Assembly: GCA_963845755.1 (NCBI GenBank)
Contig: CAWJTV010000041.1
Coordinates: 224,001-288,000, forward strand
Source of the DNA: an uncultured Planctomycetota bacterium
GTDB taxonomy: Bacteria; Planctomycetota; Planctomycetia; Isosphaerales; Isosphaeraceae
Length of the DNA stretch: 64,000 bases
Direction of reading: 5' to 3'
Within the stretch, counting starts at the first letter, position 1, and every line of letters begins with the position of its first letter. The position numbers and the translations under genes were made by a program. A model generated the notes under the pieces. That model worked only from the letters and a program-made list of their open reading frames with translations. It was not told where the DNA came from and made no database searches. This document shows positions 35,447-46,570 of this stretch, one piece after another.

Positions 35447-36745
35447 ATGAGGAGATGGGTCGCATTGGTAATGGTCCTCTCGGGGATGCTGTTTCTTGCA
35501 GGGGTGTTGAGCAAGGCCGAGGAGCCCTCCAAGCCGATCCGGGCACTGCTGGTCCTCGGCGGATGTTGCCATGATTACGCGCATCAGAAGGATGTCCTCA
35601 CGCGCGGGATCTCCCAGCGCGCCCACATCGAGTGGACCGTCGCTTACGATCCCAGCACGTCCAACGCGCACAAGAATCCCGTCTACGACAATCCCGACTG
35701 GGCCAAGGGCTTCGACGTCATCGTGCACGACGAGTGTACTTCGCACGTCAACGACATGGGTTCCATCGAGACCATCCTCAGGCCCCACAAGGAAGGGATC
35801 CCCGCCGTCGTGCTTCATTGCGGCATGCACTGCTACCGCACCGAGGGCTGGCAGAAAAAAGCGACCCCCTGGATGCAACTGACCGGCGTGGTCTCCACGG
35901 GGCATGGCCCGCAGCAGCCCATCTCAGTCACCTATCTGGACAAGGCCAATCCGATCCTCGCGCCGCTGAGCGACTGGATCACCGTCAACGAGGAGCTCTA
36001 CAACAATGCGATTGGCCGGCTCGAGCCGACCGCCCACGCGCTGGCGCGGGGCAAGCAGGGCAAGGCCGAGTCGATCGTCGTCTGGACCAACACCTACAAC
36101 GGCAACACGAAGGTTTTCAGCACGACACTGGGCCATAACACCGCGACGGTCGCCAACCCGCGCTACCTCGACCTGATGACGCGCGGCTTGCTCTGGTCCG
36201 TGGGCAAGCTCGACGAGACACATCTGAGGGATGTGGCCGATCTGGTCCCCGAGGATCTTTCGCGAGGGAGGACGGCGACGGCCTCCTCGACCCAGGGCAA
36301 GGACCACCGTCCCGGCGCCGCCGTCGACGGCAATCCCGAAACCTGCTGGTGCGCGGACGGCCCCACCAGCCCGCAGTGGTGGCAGGTCGACCTCGGGAAG
36401 CCCGAGGACCTCACTGGCATGCGCATCCTCTGGGAGCAGGACGGGGTCGCCTACCAGTACAAGGTCGAGGGCTCGGAGGACGGCAAGTCGTGGACGATGC
36501 TCTCGGACCAGACCAGGAGCCGGCAGCGGGACCGGGACCGCACGCACGAGTTCCTCGCCCGAGGCGTCCGGTACGTCCGGGTGACGGCCACCGGTCTGGC
36601 GGACGGCGTCCGGGCCAGCATCGTCGAGGTCCAGGTCTACGGCACGAACAAGGTCCCGGCGGTCGGCGCAGTGCCACGCCGGTTGGGGCGATCCGGCCCG
36701 GACGGCCTGTTGAGCGAACACAGGTCGCCCGAGGGCTCCCGGTAA
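35447..36745 (+). CDS. Secreted ThuA-like + F5/8 type C (discoidin) protein, possibly C-terminally truncated
   Basis: Signal peptide; ALLVLGGCCHDY, VVLHC.MH, EELY, FSTTLGHN; AVDGN..TCW, WWQVDLG, RYVRV..SIVEVQVYG. Confidence 0.85.
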   Translation: MRRWVALVMVLSGMLFLAGVLSKAEEPSKPIRALLVLGGCCHDYAHQKDVLTRGISQRAHIEWTVAYDPSTSNAHKNPVYDNPDWAKGFDVIVHDECTSHVNDMGSIETILRPHKEGIPAVVLHCGMHCYRTEGWQKKATPWMQLTGVVSTGHGPQQPISVTYLDKANPILAPLSDWITVNEELYNNAIGRLEPTAHALARGKQGKAESIVVWTNTYNGNTKVFSTTLGHNTATVANPRYLDLMTRGLLWSVGKLDETHLRDVADLVPEDLSRGRTATASSTQGKDHRPGAAVDGNPETCWCADGPTSPQWWQVDLGKPEDLTGMRILWEQDGVAYQYKVEGSEDGKSWTMLSDQTRSRQRDRDRTHEFLARGVRYVRVTATGLADGVRASIVEVQVYGTNKVPAVGAVPRRLGRSGPDGLLSEHRSPEGSR

Positions 36746-37360
36746 CTCCGGCAGAAGTTCGCCAGCCTCAATGGCGGGACCTATGGCGACTTCGTCGTCC
36801 GCGAGTCGGGCGACGAGGTCGCGCGCGGCGACGCGCATGGCGGCCTGACTATACTCCCCTGGGAGGAGATCGATGAACGGGCCAAGGGCTCGGTACGATC
36901 AAGACCACCGGCCTGGCCGACCCCTTGACGATCCTGGCCTTCGCTTTATTGTTTGTTGGCCTATCTGGAGTCGCTTAAGTCGTAGGGCGGGCATCACCCA
37001 GGGATCTCTTGATCGCTCGTTCGACTGGCCCGAACGACCTTCCGACCAGCTATAGATCCGAGGAAGGCTCAGGCCGGCCGCTCGGCCGTGAACGTGTTTC
37101 TAGCCGCGCTTCGCTTTTGGGACGCCCGGTGTTCCGTGACCATTCACTCGGTTCCTGCGACAATGCGTCATGGACAAGGGGAATGTGCGTATTGTGCGGG
37201 CTAGGCAAGAGAGTCTGTATCGGTCGTGTCACCAGACGGGACCGGAAAACGTCTCGGACGCGACCGAATAAACTGGAAACCTGGCCCCTCAGCCGACATG
37301 ATGTACAGATAGAGAGTTCCACCTTACGACAACGCAGCCTGAGATGATCGCCCAACGACC

Positions 37361-40300
37361 ATGAGCGCGGCAAGCATCCAGCAACAGCGCAGCCGACAGG
37401 CCGTCGGGTCTGCCCTGACGCCGTTCGGGTACGATGCGGACTGCATCCGGTTCGATTGGCCATTGCCGAATGCTGAAGCAATTCAGCAATACAAGTCCCA
37501 AGACCGAGGAGATCCCGGACACCCTCCCAGCGGTAGCGTGCGTATCCTCGACGTCCTAGCGTTCTCCGACCCACGGAGGCAGGACTGGAACACGTCCGCT
37601 GTTGCGGCGGACCTTACCCAGGATGACATCGTCTGCAACGGTTCCAGCCGAGAGAAGGCGAGGGAACTCTTCCGTCTGACGGCCGCACCGATTAATCTCC
37701 TGGGTAGTCTCAGCCGGCGCAAGGTCGATGTCTGGTTCAACTGCCACGATGGTATGATCGGTGCCGAAGAGGTGGACCTGGATGTCGATGCGCTGAAGGG
37801 TGTTTTCAGGCAACACCGCTCCGCCGTCCAGCGCGACCTCCTAGCTCAACTACGACAGGAGCAACGGCACCTCTTCGACGGTTACGTCTACGCCTGCCGC
37901 GACGAGCTCGCCACGTTTCTCCAGCGCGGCGTTTCCAAGGCGACCTGGATTGTTAGAGGCCACTCGTGGGGCCAGGACAAGGAGTCGCAGGCGGCCCTGC
38001 GGGAAGCGTTCTCGCGAGTGGCCCTGGCGTCCTCGCCGCGCGTATCCTAGAAGATAAAGGGGCACTTGGCGAGGGGCGAGGCCAGTCCGTCGAGTCGCGA
38101 CAGATCCTCCGCGACGCGCACGAGATGGGACTCGTTTTTTGACACGGTGCTCGACGAAGACCTGCCCCAACTTGATGGGTGGTTCGAGCGAACTCGGGTC
38201 GATGAGATGCTACGCTGCCTGCTCAGTCATCTGACGGGGCCGATGAACTTCAGTCTGGTCACTCACGAGATGTTAGGCGATCTTTACGAGCGTGCCCTCG
38301 TCGCGGAGCGGAAGGTGGGAGGAGAGTCTTTTGTCAAACTCAAGGGGGTCCATTACACGCCGCTATCGATCACCCGACAGATCCTCGACCGCATTCCGCT
38401 TGAATTCCTCCCGCCTTCGCAGCGGTCGGTGTGCGATTTCGCTTGCGGCTCCGGGTCGTTTCTCCTCGCGGCGACGGAACGGCTGGCGAAGCTGTTCGAC
38501 CCGCGAGAGCCCGAGTCTCCGGAGGACGCGCTCTCGTACCTCAAGAATGCGGTGTTTGGCAACGACATCGACCGAGTAGCGATCCTCGTCGCGAGGCTGT
38601 CTTATTTGCTAGCGTACTGGAACAGGACGGACCTGGAGGGCAGCGTTCCATACCCTCATTTCCACAAAGGGGGCGATGCTCTGACCCTGGATTTGACCGC
38701 TGCTTTCGGTCGCCGCCCCCGCGTCATTGTCAGCAACCCTCCGTTTGATGTGGAAGGCCAACCGGCCAGTTCATTCTTGCTCCGGCGCACTGGAGATCTT
38801 GTCTCAAAACGAGGGGGTTTGGCCCAGCTACCTTGGAATGGTGATGCCCGGCGCTTTCCTGACCGGAGAACAGATATCAGAAGAAAGGCAAGGGAGAATC
38901 TTCTCAGGGTTACCGATCTCCTTGACGTCTGGGAGCTTCCTGAGCACGCCATCGGGCAGTATGCTGAAGCTCCAACCTGCGTGATCCTCGCGGAAGTGGG
39001 TAGCAAGCCATCTGGGCGCCGACTGGTGAGAGTTTCGCAGACATACAGTCGTCAGGTGGATGCGCTGTCCACACTCCGTGATGCTGCCGTCCCAACGTGG
39101 TCGTATGTTGCCTCACTCGGAGGGAGACAAGACAGGAACGGTCAGGAATCAGCAGTACTGGAGGGCCTCGCCTTTTCCACGATCGATGACCTCTGGGACC
39201 GAATGACGATCCATAAACTATTCCTGTCGATGTTAGCAGAGGCTGTCTGGGGATTTCTGCACACCAAGAAAAAGAAGAATTCTGATCCCGAGTTCTCATC
39301 CGAGGTTGAGGACGAAACTTTCGTCCCCTTCCTGAAACATCAAAGTGCTCTTGCCCCTTACGTAGTGACCCATGATGATTGGCTCGCTAGCCACGATGAT
39401 GATCAGCACTATTGGAAACGGGGAACCGGACCTCGACCTTGCCGAAAGGAACTGGCCGAAGTATGAGTCTGGAAAAGATCATTATTACGGCGCAGGGCAA
39501 CCGAAATGCCAAGTCCCAGCTCCTCGCTGCGATGGAGTTCGAGGGAATCTACCCGGGTAAGCACTTCCTTGCAGTTGTGCTCCGTGACGATTGGTCGGAC
39601 ATTATAGAGCGACGATACGCCCGTTGTCCGAGAGGAAGTGCTGATATTCTCCGTTGGCTGTGCACATCTTGAACAGCCCCCTTGGAGACGCCTGGTTCGC
39701 CGAGCAGTCTGGTCCAAGGGGGCCGCGAGCCGAGGTCGTCACGGGGATTCCCTTACCTCCATCGTACGATCCAGCGATTCCGGAAGCTGTAGCCTCAATT
39801 GCGGAACGACCTAGGCCACGAAATCTCCGTGAGTTTGCGACGTGGAATCCGGAAGCTGGGATCATCCCCGAAGACTCCGACCTCTTTGGTGAGGAGCCAG
39901 AGCAGGCCCGTCGCGACAATGATTATTGGCATGCCGTTCATCAACTAAATGAGCTCGTGGTCCGCAGCTACGGTCTGAGCCAGTTCGATCGCTCACGGGT
40001 GCTGGCCTACCTCCGCGGGATGACCGATCCCTGGGCCGATCACTTGAGTAGCGTGGCGACGCTGCCCCCCCACACATTCTTACGCGTGCTTCGGGGTAAG
40101 ACGATTGGCGTAGATCTGCTGCGCCAGGAACTGAAGGCCGAGCTCTCGTGGCGAACACTAGGAGGTGGCAAGACGGTCGCAATTCCGATCCCCAAGTTCA
40201 TGCCGGGCTGGGCGCTCGGCGAGGGCCAGGAATTCACCTGCCGCGCTCCCCGCGGATGCGTCGTTGGTGATGATCGAGGCGAACCCGTGGCTCCTGCGAG

Positions 40301-40383
40301 ATTTCCTGCCCGTTTCGTACAGTTACTTGAGCGTGGAGGCCCTGGAGGAGATGGTGGGTTATAAGAAGGTGGTCGGCCGATGA
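37361..40383 (+). CDS. ~1000-aa N6-adenine-type DNA methyltransferase, Type IIG/HsdM-like, with TRD (multiple frameshifts)
   Basis: LGDLYE, KGVHYTP (38342), motif I DFACGSGSFL (38435), FGNDID, motif IV VSNPPF (38735), TRD-like ILNSPL and LNELVVRSYGL. Joined from ORFs 37361, 38066, 38727, 39372, 39412, 39654 and 40165. Confidence 0.85.
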
Positions 40384-41468
40384 CAGGGGCTGCTTCAGGA
40401 GACCTCCGCGTCAGCATGCTGGACGTCGGCGAGGGGGACGCCATCGTTGTTTTTCTTCCCGGCACGCGCCGGGCGTTGGTCGTGGACGCCTTCGATGGCA
40501 AGCGTGTGGTCCGCGCCCTCGAAGAGAACGCGATCGACGAGATTGTTCTGTTCCTCAGCCACTCGGATCAAGACCATGTCGCAGGTGTCCAATACCTCCT
40601 CGACAACTTCCGCGGTCGCTTCCTGGCTTTTTTCTACAATAGGGACCGCCTAAACGCTCGGCTCGGTTCAACGTACGTCGAACTTCTCCGAAGCGTGGCG
40701 CGAGCAACGAGGGAGCAGGCAGCGAGAAATGAGAACGCCTGGAGCGGGGATTTCAACACCAATCTCAGCTCCGATATCCGGTTTCCTCAGCTCACGCAGA
40801 CACCCGTTTCCCTCGAAATCCTGCACCCGACGCACGACGAACAGAACAGCCTGCTGGGCACCTCGACTAACGAGACGTCTGGCATACTCCGGATTGTCTA
40901 CACGTTTCCGGACGAGGGGACGCGTAAGATTCTCTTGACCGGGGACGTGCAGCTAACCGGCATGTCTTGTCTCCTGCATCGCTTTCGGAACTCACCCGAC
41001 AGGCTGCGGGCGGATGTCCTGAAGTTCCCCCACCACGGGGCCTGGCCATCGGGCCACCCCGGGATCAGTCAATTTCGAGGAGTCGAGAAGCGCACCCTGA
41101 TGGACCTTCTGGAGGCGGTCGATCCCGAGATCGTCGTCCTTTCGGTCGGCACGGAGAACAATCACGGCCATGTACGTCCGGAGGTTTTCGCCGCGCTTGG
41201 CACGCTTCGGAGCCGGAAGCTACGGATAAAGCGATTCGTATGTACGCAGATCACGCGGACCTGCCTGCACGCGACCGCTCACGGCGTCGCGGCTGCGTGC
41301 GGCGGAGACGTCGAGGTCCGCATCGGCGAAGGCCTGCCAAGCCGCATCGAAGTCGTCCCCTCGGAACCTGACCACCTTTCACGCATCCTCTCCCTGACCG
41401 ATCGGAAACACGCTGCCTGCGCAGCTTTTCTACCCGATTCAGGGGCTTCGATCAGCAACCAGCGGTGA
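40380..41468 (+). CDS. ComEC/Rec2-type MBL-fold metallo-hydrolase (soluble)
   Basis: LDVGEGDAIVV, SHSDQDH (40560), LLTGD, LKFPHHG (41025), SVG..NNHGH. No TM or signal peptide; ATGA overlap with the MTase stop. Confidence 0.9.
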   Translation: MTGAASGDLRVSMLDVGEGDAIVVFLPGTRRALVVDAFDGKRVVRALEENAIDEIVLFLSHSDQDHVAGVQYLLDNFRGRFLAFFYNRDRLNARLGSTYVELLRSVARATREQAARNENAWSGDFNTNLSSDIRFPQLTQTPVSLEILHPTHDEQNSLLGTSTNETSGILRIVYTFPDEGTRKILLTGDVQLTGMSCLLHRFRNSPDRLRADVLKFPHHGAWPSGHPGISQFRGVEKRTLMDLLEAVDPEIVVLSVGTENNHGHVRPEVFAALGTLRSRKLRIKRFVCTQITRTCLHATAHGVAAACGGDVEVRIGEGLPSRIEVVPSEPDHLSRILSLTDRKHAACAAFLPDSGASISNQR

Positions 41469-41802
41469 ACCTCGCTCACGGATGACGCGCGGATTAGATC
41501 GGGCCGATTGCCTGAATTCTCGTTGGTGATCCGTGTCGGACTGTGTGATTCGTGGTGAAAAGCCAAACCGCTGACGATCACCGAGTGATCCCGGAATTCC
41601 TTGCATGAATTACGCCCACAGACACGGGGTGGGCTGAGTTCGCCGAGTCGATCCCCGCAGTGGTCACGAAACCGATCCAGTCGCGTTCGTGACGAGATTC
41701 CCGGACACTGTGGCCCACTCACGGCCGCGCGAAGACTCTCAATCTGTGCATGCGCGAACGGAGCCGGGTTGTGACCGTTTTGGCGAAGTCCTTGCCGATC
41801 GC

Positions 41803-44647
41803 TCACGGCCGCGCGAACGGATCGGCGGGAAAATCGAGATCCGTGCGCCTCAACCGCCATCGATTCGCCCGGGCCGTTTCACCCATCGACTCATAGAGCC
41901 GGATCACGCGATCTTCGTGAGTTTTGAACTCGCCCCACAAGTCCGCCGGGACCTGGTGTTCCGGATCTATCATCCATTGATGAGCAAGCGTCAATTCGGC
42001 TTCAGCCTCCGGATACGCCTTCCGTCCGAGCAGGCAGAACCCGACCGTGAACTCGGCGACGTACCGGTCGGCGCCGTCGGCGCCGTGCCGGAGCCAGTAC
42101 GCCAGGTGCTCGCGCGCAACGATTCCGCCCTGGCAAAATCGCCGGTAACCACATACAACCCGATCACCGCCCTGGTCCCCGCATCGGTGAGGCCATGGTC
42201 GGGGCCAAAGCGTGCGCGGGTGATCTCGAGCGCCTCGGTGAGGTACTGGCCGACCTTCTTCAAGTCTCTTTTATGAACATAGATTACAGCCAGTTGAGCG
42301 AGGACCGCGTCGGTCGTCAAATGGTTGCGGTCGAGTGCCTTTCGGCATGACTCGAGGGCTTCGAGCAGCAGGGGTTCGGCCTGATCGTTCTTCCCTTGTA
42401 AGAGGTAATTCTGTGCGAGCGTTGCCATGGTCACGAGCGTTGCGTGGTGTCCGTCTCCGAGGACGTGCCGCTGGCTGAGCAAGACGTCCTTCAAGATGGG
42501 TTCGGCCTCGGCGGGTTTCTGGAGTATCCCGTAGACGGCCGCCAGGTTCAAACGGGCCGTGAGCGTCAGAGGATGCTCCGGGCCGACCGACTCTTGCAAC
42601 CCTCGGACGGTGTCCTTCAGGATTCGCTCGCCCTCCTCCGGCTTCATTTGAGCGACGTAGAGCATGGCGAGGTCGTTGGCGGCGGCGAGCGTTTTCGGGT
42701 CTCCGGGACCCAGGACTTCCCGAAAAATCCGCAAGGCCGGTGCGAGGAGTTTTTCCGCCTCGCCATACTGCTCTTTCTGGTTATAGACTGCGCCGGCGGC
42801 TTGCATCGCGGTGAGCGTCTCGGAGTCGTTCGGCCCACGGGTGGCGTGGAGGCCCTCCATGGCGTGGACCAGGAGGTGTTCGGCCTCCGCCAGCTTGCCA
42901 TCCATCATGAAGAGCATCCCGAGCCGGGACTGCGCGACCAGGGTTTCGGCGGCGTCCGCGCCGAGCAGTCGGGTCCGCAATTCGATGACCCGCTCGAGTT
43001 GAGGTCGAGCTTTCGCGAACAGTCCGAGATCCAGGTAAGATTCGCCGATGGTCTGACGAATCGCCGCCTCGACCAGCGGTCGGCCGGCGAATCGGGCGCC
43101 GATGGTCTCGGCCGCGTAGTCCACGGCGGTGACGACTTTCAGGTCCGGGTCGGGCCTACGATCGATCCGGGCCTGGTTCTCGGCGCCGGCCTGGCCCAGG
43201 ATATCCTCCCGGAGGAAGGCATTGACGGCCCGGGAGATCTCCGTCTCGGTCTCGGCCCGATCTCGTTCCGAACGAGCGGTCGCCGCGGCACGCCGGGCAG
43301 ATCGTTCGGCGGAAGTGGCCCGGACGGCCTGCCAGGTGCTGCCGATTGCGCCCAGGAGCAAAGCGAGCAGGAACGCCGCGATCCAACGATTTCGCCGGCA
43401 CCAGCGCACACAACGCTCCGCGGGCGAGGCCGGGCGCGCCAGGGTTGGGCGGCCGTCCAGGAACCGCCGTAGATCCTCGGCCAGGTCGGCTGCGGTCAGG
43501 TACCGCCGGGCCGGCTGCTTCTCCAGGCATTTGAGGCAGATCGCCTCCAGGTCGCGCGGGATGCCGGGCTGGCGAGCGGACGGCGGGACGACCTCCTGGG
43601 AGAGGATCGCATGGAGGACCTGATGGGGCGTCTCGGCGCGATAGGGGGGCCGGCCGGCCAGGGCCTCGTAGAGGATCGCGCCCAGGGCATGAATGTCGGT
43701 GCGCGGGCCGATCTCGCCCCAGTCGGCCCGGACCTGCTCGGGCGCCATGTAGCTCAGGGTGCCCAGCATCATGCCCTCTTCGGTCTGGGTCGTGGAATCC
43801 TTGAGTTTGGCCAGGCCGAAGTCGGTGATCTTGGGCCGGCCGTCGGGGGTCAGCAGGACATTCGCCGGCTTGAGATCGCGATGGACGACGCCCTTGCCGT
43901 GGGCGTGGTCGATGGCACGGGCGAGGGTCTCGACCAGCTCGGCGGCGCGGCGGGGCGGCTGAGGCTTGCCGGCCAGGGTGCGCCCGAGATGGCTGCCGTC
44001 GACGTACTCCAGCGCCAGGTAGAATTCGCCGTCGTGCTCGTCGAAGTCGTGGATCTGGACGAGGTTGGGATGCTGGCATCGGGCCGCCGCGGCGGCTTCG
44101 CGGCGGAATCGGGCCAGGTGAGCGGGGTCATCGTCTCCGGAGTCCTTGAGCAGCTTGAGCGCGACGTGGCGATTGAGGGCGTCGTGCCGGGCGAGGTAGA
44201 CGACGCCCATACCGCCTCGGCCCAGGACGCGCTCGATCTCGTAGCCGGGGATTCGCGGCAGCCGGGCGTCGGACCACCGATGGCGAGCGGTGCCCGCGAC
44301 CGCAGGAGCGGCCCCGGCCGACTCGTCGCGCCGCAGGGTCGGCAGGGAGGCGGCCGCGTGGACCTCGAAGAGGCGGATCAAGGAGTCGGACAGCTCGGGG
44401 AACTCGGTGAGGTAATCCTCGGGCCGAGGGGTCTCGCCACGCTCCTGGCGGAGGACCACCTCCTGGTTGATCAGCTCGACGATGACGGTCGGCCGGTCGC
44501 GCATGGCGGGCTGGCGACCGAGGTAGAACTTCAGGGGATGCGGCGTGCCCCTGGTCCAGTCCTCCACCTGCCGCGCAACAGCTCCTCCAGCGCAGGGTCG
44601 AGGGGATCGGCCGCGCCCGGGCGGTAGCCGAAGGTCGTATCACTCAT
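41803..44647 (-). CDS. Hanks-type Ser/Thr kinase with TM and TPR repeats (frameshifted ends)
   Basis: LGRGGMGVVY, VALK, HRDLKPANVL, ITDFGLAK, GTLSYMAPEQ; TM WIAAFLLALLLGAI; LGxxHPxTL TPRs. The tail (..DFPADPFARP) is in ORF 41803..41994; the start at 44647 overlaps the sigma factor stop. Confidence 0.92.
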
Positions 44648-45220
44648 CGCACCGATCCTCCAGGCCCAGGGCGAACATGATGCGTCTGGTCGCGCGGTCG
44701 AGCGTCTTGCGCACGGCGTCGGCGTTCTTGCCCAGCCGTTCGGCGACCTGATCCCATGACAGCCCCTCTTTCCTCAACTCGGCGATCGGACGCTCGCGGT
44801 CGGTCAGAAGGTGCTCTGCCTTCTGAATCAGCTCGCTCAAAGCGATCTGGCTGGCCGGTCCCGGTCCGGGTGCAATCGGTTCGATGCCGTCGATCCCGGG
44901 ACCGCCGACGGGCACGGGCGGAACTCGGAACTCGGGCTTGCGCGCCAGGTCGGCGACCTTGTTGCTCGCGATCCGCGCCAGGAGTTTCTTCAGACCGTCC
45001 GAGTCGGCGATCTCGTACTGACCGACCGCGGCCCTGACCAGGAAGCTGCCGAGGACCACCTGGCAGACATCCGACGAGTCGTTGACCCGCCGGATCCGCA
45101 TCACGCGCAGCCGCGCCGGACGACCCGGCGGATGTGGGGTTCATAGGTGTGGACGAACTCCGACGCGGCCAACTCGTCGCCCTGCCGGATGAGCTGGAGC
45201 AATTCTTGAAGTCGGCTCAT
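44640..45220 (-). CDS. ECF sigma factor, kinase-associated type (frameshift near 45105)
   Basis: LQLIRQGDELAASEFVHTYEPHIRRVVR; DSSDVCQ; LLARIASNKVADLARK; sigma4 EGLSWDQVAERLGKNADAVRKTLDR. Confidence 0.85.
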
Positions 45221-46570
45221 ACTGGGACTCCGGATGCCGTCGTCCGTCACATCTGATTAGAGCAGGTCAGAACCCGGCTTTCCAGCAATCAGTCGTCATC
45301 TCGCCTTCCTTTTATGGCCGTGGGGGGCCCGACAGGCTAGAGCGCCTATCGGTTGGATCTGCGCACGCCCCAGGACGACGCGAAGCCCCCGCTAAACTTC
45401 AGGCTGAAAATAATTTCGGATTTTTTATCTGCCGCTGGGGCTGAGAGTTGGGGCGGCTCTCGGCCGAAATCCCCGCTAGGTGCATTAACGGTTTCCCAAA
45501 GTTGCGGCATCCTGAGAGTATGGCCCACGTGAGATCACTGCCGAAACGGACTCCCGGACCGCGCCTCCCGGTCCAGGTCGTCGTCGCAACCGGATATCAG
45601 CCAAAGAGATCGGGGAGTCGCGACCCGGGAAAAAGATGTCCCATTGTGCCACGTGATGACACCCGCATCGGTCGGTGAGTCCCGGAGCGGACCTGCGGTC
45701 GGCCGGGTGGCCAGATCGGGAGACCGTGCCCCAGCGCGGGCGCGGGCCACGCAACGGTGAGGCGCTTTAAAGTCGCCCAAACCGACAAATATCAATCACT
45801 CGGATCGGATTGCAGAACGATCGCATGCTAACATCAATGCTTTGTTGCAAGCACTTATTCGCTTTGGGGCCGAAATGCTGCCGATGCTTTCGAAGCAAAA
45901 TCCCTCCCTTTCGTTACTCCGAAGGCGTTAGTTGCCATCACCACGATCCGATTCTTCCCGTTCTCTTGCCACCCGCTCTGTGTTGAAACACTCCAACATC
46001 CTCCGGATCTCGTGTTGGCAAGAATCAACTGAGGCAGGGTTTCCGAGCCTCCAGACTTGCTTCCAACGCGTTTGTGCGGTAGACATTCGTTTGCAAATTC
46101 TCCTTTTTACAGTCGCCTTGTCCGTTTTTGGAGTCCGACCCGATGTCATAGCAAGGCGCAAGTTCACGGATCCTCTTCTTTGGTTGATCCGGATGAACAT
46201 CCACGGAGTCGGACACAGACCCGTCCCACTCCATGCGTGATAGCGTCAGATCGATGGAATCTCAAAGCGACTGGCCAGGCACCGGGGAAGGTTGGTTGAT
46301 GAGCGTCGGTTCGCTACGGCAGATCCTCGGGTTTGAACCCTGTTGCTTCGGGGCTAGCCCATCGGGCAGTAAGATTCGGGATTTCTCGCGAGGCGATTGT
46401 CCGATTGACGCATTTGGAACGCTTACCGAGTAGCGACGAACACCTGCTTCCGATCGTGCGGATCCGTAGCGACACCGCCGACCAGAGGGGAAGAGGGTGG
46501 GCGCTCTCTCTATGCGCCGCGGCGTAGGGACGATCGGGGTCCACCTCGAGGCAGACATCAGGAGCCGACT

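Noticed and set aside
40380..41468. Competence protein ComEC or a beta-lactamase
   Set aside because: No membrane channel or OB domain, no signal peptide, and the gene is coupled to a DNA methyltransferase.
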